From Bacteroidota bacterium (lineage in GTDB: Bacteria; Bacteroidota; Bacteroidia; Flavobacteriales_D; Sanyastnellaceae), in the NCBI GenBank assembly GCA_027624855.1, contig JAQBTQ010000012.1, positions 1,724 to 65,723 of the forward strand: a stretch of 64,000 nt of DNA, in the 5' to 3' direction. Positions 57,711-64,000 of this stretch are shown here, in pieces. The position numbers were made by a program, and so were the translations under genes. A model generated the notes under the pieces. The model saw only the letters and a program-made list of their open reading frames with translations. It was not told the DNA's origin and did no database searches. Numbering within the stretch: position 1 is the stretch's first letter; each line of letters opens with the position of its first letter.

Positions 57711-59555
57711 TCAATGGATGACCACCGCCTGCAAGTCTTCTGATAGAGAAATCGGACTATCCTTTTTTGGATTCAGTTTCAGCTCTCCATTTTGAATGAA
57801 GCCAACGCAAGTATGATCCAGATTGAGGCAGGCCACAACCAACTGCCAATACGTATTGATTTGATCAAATGATTTTTGGTGGTCTTGATAAACCTTGAAA
57901 GGAACCACATTGATTTTTGCGCCTTCTTTGCTGAAAAGTTCATCGAACACCTGACTCAATGGTGGGTTTTCTGCCAATTGTGTCATCAACAAAGACGATA
58001 GCTCATCGCTGACAATGAACTCGCTGCGGTCTTGCTCCGCAACAAGGGATTTTTTTGACCCATCATTCAGTTGCAAAATCACACGCATAGCCTCATTATG
58101 CTCACTTTCACGAGCAGCATTCTTTAGATGGAGCGTCTGCATCAAAGAGAGTGTATCAGCATCCGCATCATCCAATCGATCATTGTAACCCAAGATCAAA
58201 GATGCACTCACTTCATTCTGTTGGATGTGATCGACAAACCCCTCAGTGCTATTACTTTCCAACCTCTGGATTTCAGTTCTCATCGAGGAAGGTGCATTCG
58301 AAAAATCAGGTGCATCACTCACCAATGAATCCCGGTAGAATACCTTTATGGAAGAATCTTCCTGCAAAAAAGGCAAGAGGTTATCCATGATTTGCTGGCC
58401 AACATTCGACCAGCCCAGCACCAACAAATCCGATCGTTCCTTCAGCTGCAATTGGACCTCTGAATCCTCAACCTTGTTCAGCGCTTTTTCCATTGCATCA
58501 TGGTCAAAAGCCTCGAAATTGAAGTCATCATCGGTGGCAATCACAATCAGTTCATCGTCCGCTTGAATCAACCGATTCTTATCCGGATTGATGCAAACCC
58601 CACCCGACCCTTCTCGAATCCCAATCAATGAGACATTACCCAATTCAACCATAGCTTGCTTGTAGGACTTGCCTTGAACTCGGGTGCTGGGGAAGAAATA
58701 AATCTCGTCGCCATCAAAATCCAAAAAGTCCATGACAACCTCAGTTACGAATTGATTGCGAATTGCCTGAGAAGTGATGGTCGCGATGATCCCATCCTTG
58801 TTGACCGGTAAAATGGGGCTGCCCGACAATGACGATAGCACCTTGATGTTTTCGGTTGAACTGAATTGGGCTACAATTGGAATGTCCTTACCCTCCGTCA
58901 GCTTCCGCAATGACAAGATGGTGGTTTCCGTATTAAATTTTGAATCGACGACATCGTCCAACACGATGATGCTTCGCGCTTGATTTGGATTTACAATGGA
59001 AAGTTCAGATTCCAATCCAATGTTTCCCGAACGGGTCAAAATTCGAATGCCTCGTTGATTAGGATATTCCAGGTCAATTTTACTTCGAATCTCTGAGTTT
59101 TTCATCCCATTGATGCAAACAATGGTCGGTTTTGCTTGATTTTCATTGGCCAAGGTAATCTCAGAGAAAATCTTAAAAATCGTGGTGTTCCAGCCCACAA
59201 TCACATAATGATCTTCGTCAATGATGAAGGATCTTCCTGTATTCAATTTGGCCACGACGCCCGCTACTTTCGCAGTGAGGAAGGCAATGATGCTTCCTGA
59301 GATTGCAACACCCAAGGCCCAATACAGAACGTCTAAAATTCGCTCTTGGTAATTGTCTCCGGAACCGATGTCGATGATTTCGGATAAGCTCGTCCACCAA
59401 TGATCGCCAAAACGGTCTTGACTTGAAACGCCCAATGCGATTTCAAATAAAACCATCAAAGCAGCCGTTAATGCTGCTAGGAGCAACATGAAGAGCACAA
59501 AATTTGAGCTCTTCGTTATGCCATTCTCAAAGTGATACTGGAGCTTCTTCAGCAT
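57711..59555 (-). CDS. CASTOR/POLLUX-like putative ion channel with tandem RCK-like domains
   Basis: Two N-terminal transmembrane helices flank a short re-entrant-like stretch (WWTSLSEIIDIGSGDNY). Two Rossmann-like starts follow, HYVIVGWNTTIF and LLVLGWSNVGQQI, matching the ILxLGWS pattern of CASTOR/POLLUX homologues. The call is from memory, not from a search. Confidence 0.7.
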   Translation of the reverse strand: MLKKLQYHFENGITKSSNFVLFMLLLAALTAALMVLFEIALGVSSQDRFGDHWWTSLSEIIDIGSGDNYQERILDVLYWALGVAISGSIIAFLTAKVAGVVAKLNTGRSFIIDEDHYVIVGWNTTIFKIFSEITLANENQAKPTIVCINGMKNSEIRSKIDLEYPNQRGIRILTRSGNIGLESELSIVNPNQARSIIVLDDVVDSKFNTETTILSLRKLTEGKDIPIVAQFSSTENIKVLSSLSGSPILPVNKDGIIATITSQAIRNQFVTEVVMDFLDFDGDEIYFFPSTRVQGKSYKQAMVELGNVSLIGIREGSGGVCINPDKNRLIQADDELIVIATDDDFNFEAFDHDAMEKALNKVEDSEVQLQLKERSDLLVLGWSNVGQQIMDNLLPFLQEDSSIKVFYRDSLVSDAPDFSNAPSSMRTEIQRLESNSTEGFVDHIQQNEVSASLILGYNDRLDDADADTLSLMQTLHLKNAARESEHNEAMRVILQLNDGSKKSLVAEQDRSEFIVSDELSSLLMTQLAENPPLSQVFDELFSKEGAKINVVPFKVYQDHQKSFDQINTYWQLVVACLNLDHTCVGFIQNGELKLNPKKDSPISLSEDLQAVVIH

Positions 59556-59566
59556 CGGACGGAAAC

Positions 59567-60343
59567 TTACAGGTGTTCTTTTCCTTCACGAACTCGCTTC
59601 AAGGCATCTTTCTTTGGTTGGTCCGATAAGTACCATGAATTCTCTCGCTTCTTAACAGCTATCTCCTTGTAGAGCAGCAGCAACTTTGGTATGGATTCCT
59701 CATCCTGAGCCAGAATTGCTTTATTGATGACCATATCCAAAAGGTTATTCCATTCTGAAACCTCGTCATTATACTTACTGTTGTTACTTGTCCATTCTGA
59801 TGATGGCTTAGCCTCGAAAGATTGGTTAAACGTCTTCGTGCTCAGTAGCGCAATGGCCTCATTGAATTTTCCGTCAGTGCATAGAACATCCAAAGCATTA
59901 GGTATCGCTTGATCATATATGAATCCACAGCCCATCTCATCACATGCCTTCTTTGCAAACCCATACTCCCCTCTTCCGACATAGTAGGTTACTTCAGAAC
60001 GCAAAATTTCAATCATTGCATCCAAATGCGGAGCCATTGGAGCTCGGCCCCAATCTTCTCCTGATTCGATCTTTTCTAGCTGCTCGTCTTTCGTTGTGCT
60101 ATACAAATCCCCATGTTGATAGTAAAAGTTATCCGGCAAGCAATTAGCAATCAAACGAGCCGATTCGAAGTCAAAGGCGAAAAGCGCATCCTTCACACTT
60201 TTGAACTTAATGACTTCATCATCGAATTTTTCTTCGATGCATTCATTGGCGATTTCCATAGCATCATCGTAATCACTGCTACAGCCGAATAAGCCTAAAA
60301 CTCCAGCCGTTATTAGAAAGAAAATATTCTTGGTTCTTTTCAT
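59567..60343 (-). CDS. Lipoprotein C of the triad, helical, unassigned
   Basis: 258-aa ORF with the lipobox VLGLFGCSS. It is predicted mostly alpha-helical and contains seven Cys after the lipobox Cys. It ends 11 nt upstream of the channel gene. Confidence 0.7.
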   Translation of the reverse strand: MKRTKNIFFLITAGVLGLFGCSSDYDDAMEIANECIEEKFDDEVIKFKSVKDALFAFDFESARLIANCLPDNFYYQHGDLYSTTKDEQLEKIESGEDWGRAPMAPHLDAMIEILRSEVTYYVGRGEYGFAKKACDEMGCGFIYDQAIPNALDVLCTDGKFNEAIALLSTKTFNQSFEAKPSSEWTSNNSKYNDEVSEWNNLLDMVINKAILAQDEESIPKLLLLYKEIAVKKRENSWYLSDQPKKDALKRVREGKEHL

Positions 60344-60354
60344 AATGGGTTCTT

Positions 60355-61536
60355 TTATTCTGATCCGTCAAATGGGTCGTGTTCTCCGAGGTGAAAAACG
60401 CGGCGAATCCAAGGTAATTGATCGTATTTGTATTTGTTGAGCAATTTGCGGTTTCCTTCAATGTCCGCTTTGGCTTTCATGTTGTCTTTGTTTTTCAGGT
60501 ACTCGAAATTGGCCATGACTGAATCCCTGCGGAGTTCCTGATTTGCCTCTATTTGAGACACTTTTAACTCAAACTCTCGCTCTTCACGCTCCCAGGCAAC
60601 TTTGGCTTTAGGATCCAATTTGGCCGTGTACTCGTTATAGATTTTTTGCGCTTCAGGGTAGCAAGTTGAGGCCCGGTCAATCATCGCATAGTAGCTCATC
60701 GCCTCGGGATTGAATCCTGAAGCACTTGGGTCGTTCATTTTACCCAACTCTGCCTGCATCTTAGAAAGCAATTCATTGCAATTTTCTGTAAGCGAAGCAT
60801 TGAAAAATCGAATCTTCGCTTCCTTCACTGAAGCGAAGCACTCCGCAGCTTCCATCGGTATTACGCTCACCAAGGCGTAAGCAGCGTCGTAATTGCGAAG
60901 GGCTGCTTCGGCTTCGGCTTCGGACAAAATCGCCGCGCAATTGGTGGTGTAGTATCCAATCGCCTTTTCTTCAGCATCGCGCAAAAATTGAAAAAAGCCT
61001 TCATCGTCAAATCGAACTTCACGAAAAGCATTGATGAACGATTTGGTCGGACTATCGCCCACGCCCTTCACTTCAAACGCGTATGAAGCCATGACCATCT
61101 CATTTTCTGCATCAACTGCGAGCAGATTTACTTCATAGGTATTCATGTATTTCGGAGGCGCCGTGGCGGTCACGTTTTCCGATAACAAGGTTACGCTAGG
61201 GCCAATGATGAATTTGGGGTTGGATTGCCCCGCTCCTCCATATGCGACCTTCGCAATGGCGGTATTTAATCGTGACTCCAACATTTGTTTGCCAGATGCA
61301 CCAAGGGATGGGTAATCTGGAACAAAAGGCGTAAGTTTAATGGCCAGCTCAAAATCTGGAGTATAGGATGCCGCTCCGGTAGCGCTCTCCGCGGATGCCC
61401 CAGAACCGTCTCCAAACGATTCCGTGGTCCCCGATGTTTTTGCAGTGGCCGAGGTGTTCGTGGCCTCTGTTGAAGATTCCCCCCCTGAACAGGCCAAGAG
61501 GAAAATCGAAAGGCTTGTGTAAATCAGGTACTTCAT
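60355..61536 (-). CDS. Lipoprotein B of the triad, unassigned
   Basis: 393-aa ORF with the lipobox IFLLACSGG. A ~45-aa Ser/Thr/Gly/Ala-rich tether is followed by an alpha/beta region and a charged C-terminal coiled-coil-like region. It ends 11 nt upstream of lipoprotein C. Confidence 0.7.
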   Translation of the reverse strand: MKYLIYTSLSIFLLACSGGESSTEATNTSATAKTSGTTESFGDGSGASAESATGAASYTPDFELAIKLTPFVPDYPSLGASGKQMLESRLNTAIAKVAYGGAGQSNPKFIIGPSVTLLSENVTATAPPKYMNTYEVNLLAVDAENEMVMASYAFEVKGVGDSPTKSFINAFREVRFDDEGFFQFLRDAEEKAIGYYTTNCAAILSEAEAEAALRNYDAAYALVSVIPMEAAECFASVKEAKIRFFNASLTENCNELLSKMQAELGKMNDPSASGFNPEAMSYYAMIDRASTCYPEAQKIYNEYTAKLDPKAKVAWEREEREFELKVSQIEANQELRRDSVMANFEYLKNKDNMKAKADIEGNRKLLNKYKYDQLPWIRRVFHLGEHDPFDGSE

Positions 61537-61544
61537 GAACTGTC

Positions 61545-62585
61545 TTACTTGATGATTACCAGCGCATCACCGATGCTTTGCGTACGGTTTGAAACAGAAT
61601 AACTGCAAGACTTTTTCAGTAATCTGCGTAAATCATCTGCAAAATCGTAAGCGGTAATCTTATTGCCATTTTCATCTTGACTGTAGATTCTCACGCTTGT
61701 GAAGGCCATCTCAGACGCAGTATTCTTCTGCATTTTAAACGATTGATTGATCGTATTGTCCCGCAACCAATCATTGACGTTCGCAGCAATTTCGTCTCCG
61801 CCACATTCAGATTCCATCGTCAGTTCTGATCCTTGATCAATGGCGACTCGGAACGTAATCTCCACACCGTTGGCAAGTAAGTTCGCATAATGGTTCACGA
61901 TCTGTCCTTGGAATTCAGGAATTGACTGAGCAAAATCCGATTTCAACAAAGAAACTGTTGTGCCTGAACCCTCTTCATTTTTCAAGCCCTCGCGAGCAAC
62001 AGAAGCGACGCTTTTGACGGTATAGGCATCGATGCACTTCACCGCGTAAGTCAATGATTCCGAAATGGACCGTGATTTTTCATCGCGAGCCATTTGGTAG
62101 TCCAATTCCATAATGTAATCCGGCCGGGCTGTGCTCAACAATTCTGAACGGGCATCACGCCATACCCCCGTTGCCTCATCCATGGCGTTGGCGTTTGTGA
62201 GGTTCTTGAGCTGCTGTTCCAAATCTTCGAGGGGGAACCCAACATTGGCAAACTCCTCTTGGATCGCTGCTACCGCAAACTTGAGGTCACCGTCATTGAT
62301 GAATGCTCCCTGATAATCACGAACGTACATCGTCACGCCATCGCTCTTTCGCTCCTCCAAGAACCCCAATCGCAGTAACAATGCATCGGAAGGCAATACC
62401 ATGATTGAAGGCATGGATTGTGAAATGGCATTGCTTGAAGTCTTGGCTGTTGCAATTTGGTTTTGTGTCGGCATCAATCCAGTGTTCATGGATTCCGATT
62501 CGTCAGAACCACCGCAAGAGATTAAGCCTGCAACCATGAATGTGATCATTCCAGTGATCCAGAGGGGTTTCAAGTTTGTTTTCAT
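61545..62585 (-). CDS. Lipoprotein A of the triad, unassigned
   Basis: 346-aa ORF with the lipobox AGLISCGGS and a polar tether. Two alpha/beta halves are apparent (...SIMVLPSDALLLRLGF... and ...GVEITFRVAIDQ...). It ends 8 nt upstream of lipoprotein B. Confidence 0.7.
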   Translation of the reverse strand: MKTNLKPLWITGMITFMVAGLISCGGSDESESMNTGLMPTQNQIATAKTSSNAISQSMPSIMVLPSDALLLRLGFLEERKSDGVTMYVRDYQGAFINDGDLKFAVAAIQEEFANVGFPLEDLEQQLKNLTNANAMDEATGVWRDARSELLSTARPDYIMELDYQMARDEKSRSISESLTYAVKCIDAYTVKSVASVAREGLKNEEGSGTTVSLLKSDFAQSIPEFQGQIVNHYANLLANGVEITFRVAIDQGSELTMESECGGDEIAANVNDWLRDNTINQSFKMQKNTASEMAFTSVRIYSQDENGNKITAYDFADDLRRLLKKSCSYSVSNRTQSIGDALVIIK

Positions 62586-62662
62586 TCTGTTCGATTAATT
62601 GAAGTGCAAGATACTCTCTTTTCTTACGAATGAATCAAGTGTTTCGGTCCGAACTCTTCGAT

Positions 62663-63835
62663 TCATTCACAATCCAAAAAAGCAAGCAGCTGATGGCGAT
62701 GCTGTAGTACATACCGAAGGTTGGTTTCGCAAATGCTCAACACCTGTCGCCACTTCATATTCGATGGGATTTTCTTCGATTGGTAGAGGAAAACGGGTCC
62801 GAATTGATTGAATGACTTTCTTTTTGGGTAGCGTTCTGAAGCATCAAGCGCTGGGGAAAAATCAAACCACATCTTCTTTTCTAACAAATTCTGTGCGAGC
62901 GCTCGAGTGCGCTTCCCGGTGTTATCCTCTACGACCATACGGTATGCATTTCCTTGGATTTGAATCCCAATGGATAAATCGGGTGCTATGACATATTTGA
63001 AATCAAGAAACCCTGTTGCACGCGTCATGCCAGAATTGACGAAAACCGTTGGAGAGCTCGCCTGCCAATCAATGGCTGTGCGAAACGGAGCAACTTCGAA
63101 TTCTTGATAATTCAGTTGGTTCCAGGCCTCAAACGCCAATCCGGCATACTTCTTTTTCAGATAAAAATCATCGAGTCGTAAGTCGTCCAGAGTACGAAGT
63201 AAAGGGTCGCTATGAACACTCCAAAAATCGAAAAGTTCCGATTGGTTGATTTGAGCCTGCTCATCGACCTTCAACAATACCTTGACCAAAATCACATAAT
63301 CCGCTAAAATTAACCGCGTATAATCGTCCGAGGTGATGGCAATGCACTGATTGATTAAAGCCAAAACCTCCTGAAACGTCATCTTTTGCCAATCGGGCAT
63401 GGGCTGTTCAAATTCGCTCAGGCTCAGAAGAATGCATGTGGAATTTTCCGGGCGTTTTTCTTGGTATTTCTCGAGTTGCTCCATTCTTGGCAAACTCTTC
63501 ACTTTGTTCTCAATCCAAACGTGCCACATTCCACTTTCTCGATCTGTTCCCTGAAGATTGGGGTCGTGAAACTTCAACCAGAGGTCGATGTTTTGTTTCT
63601 CCCGCTGAACCGCGTCCTTCATAACCGGATCAAAGACGAAGTGGCTTACTTCAGGGGGCAGTGAAGTGCGAAAAAATTCCGTGACCAACCCTTTTAATTC
63701 CTCCTGCTCGAAGAGCCATGCCAAAAAATTCGAGTGAAACAATTCTTTGGAGCTCAAAGAAAAATTGAACAGCGGACTCGATTTAAGTGACTTCAACTCT
63801 TGGATCAGTTCTTGAACATGCTTGTCTCGAATCAT
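62663..63835 (-). CDS. PD-(D/E)xK nuclease family protein (PDDEXK_4-like)
   Basis: The N-terminus LFNFSLSSKELFHSNFLAWLFEQ is the characteristic family motif. A candidate catalytic core follows (...NIDLWLKF...WHVWIENKVKS, i.e. D...E-x-K). Confidence 0.72.
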   Translation of the reverse strand: MIRDKHVQELIQELKSLKSSPLFNFSLSSKELFHSNFLAWLFEQEELKGLVTEFFRTSLPPEVSHFVFDPVMKDAVQREKQNIDLWLKFHDPNLQGTDRESGMWHVWIENKVKSLPRMEQLEKYQEKRPENSTCILLSLSEFEQPMPDWQKMTFQEVLALINQCIAITSDDYTRLILADYVILVKVLLKVDEQAQINQSELFDFWSVHSDPLLRTLDDLRLDDFYLKKKYAGLAFEAWNQLNYQEFEVAPFRTAIDWQASSPTVFVNSGMTRATGFLDFKYVIAPDLSIGIQIQGNAYRMVVEDNTGKRTRALAQNLLEKKMWFDFSPALDASERYPKRKSFNQFGPVFLYQSKKIPSNMKWRQVLSICETNLRYVLQHRHQLLAFLDCE

Positions 63836-63903
63836 TTACTGGTTTTTCTTGTGCGAATGTGAAGATAATTTTCGTTTGGTGGATAGCGAAAAGTAATCCC
63901 GGC

Positions 63904-63911
63904 CAAAGATA
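63904..63911 (-). promoter_or_regulatory. -7 promoter box (TATCTTTG) upstream of the PD-(D/E)xK gene
   Basis: TATCTTTG on the minus strand lies 68 nt upstream of the ATG at 63835. Confidence 0.35.
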
Positions 63912-63931
63912 TCTTGCCTTGTGAAACAGCC

Positions 63932-64000
63932 CATGCTCAGAGTCATCTCATTCCTAATCATAACGGCCTTTGGTGCTGTATTCATTCTCTCTCTGATTGA
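63932..64000 (+). CDS. Start of an unknown membrane or secreted protein, truncated by the window edge
   Basis: ATG followed by the hydrophobic MLRVISFLIITAFGAVFILSLI. Only 23 codons are visible. Confidence 0.3.
   Translation, partial: HAQSHLIPNHNGLWCCIHSLSD

Overview
This 64-kb window looks like a Bacteroidota chromosome, probably Flavobacteriia-like. The evidence is several proteins ending in T9SS-type C-terminal sorting domains, recurrent TAnnTTTG -7 promoter boxes, no obvious Shine-Dalgarno sites, and gene clusters typical of the phylum. I cannot name the species. About 57 protein genes and 2 tRNAs are packed tightly. I saw no rRNA, CRISPR array, transposase or integrase.

Backbone genes:
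- Translation and replication: leuS, recJ, dnaG, prs-rplY-pth, nadD-gmk-yicC, and an ispB-like polyprenyl synthase.
- Tyrosine catabolism: hmgA-hppD.
- Envelope cluster: dut, a nucleotidyltransferase, a TPR lipoprotein, a DUF4292-like lipoprotein and a degenerate M23 protein.
- Iron: feoB with a convergent feoA.
- Glycan-related trio: a BNR protein, an SSS symporter and a GH2 beta-galactosidase.
- Others: a histidine kinase/response regulator pair, trxA, DoxX.

The less ordinary content falls in two places.

1. A secretome-rich stretch at about 45.9-54.5 kb, plus outliers at 3.4-6.6 kb and 9.5-10.6 kb. Its proteins combine recurring Cys-rich modules, dockerin-like calcium-loop motifs, an M43 metalloprotease and T9SS tails. 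It includes a 902-917-aa beta-helix-like protein whose stop overlaps (ATGA) the start of a 114-aa, 10-Cys peptide. That peptide carries an exosortase-style tripartite C-terminal signal.
2. A minus-strand operon at 57.7-62.6 kb. Three lipoproteins that I cannot assign to any family are separated by only 8-11 nt and are followed by a CASTOR/POLLUX-like RCK channel. A bestrophin channel lies downstream and a PD-(D/E)xK nuclease upstream.

These two loci are my best candidates for an undescribed system. All functional calls rest on motifs read by eye; no database search was run.
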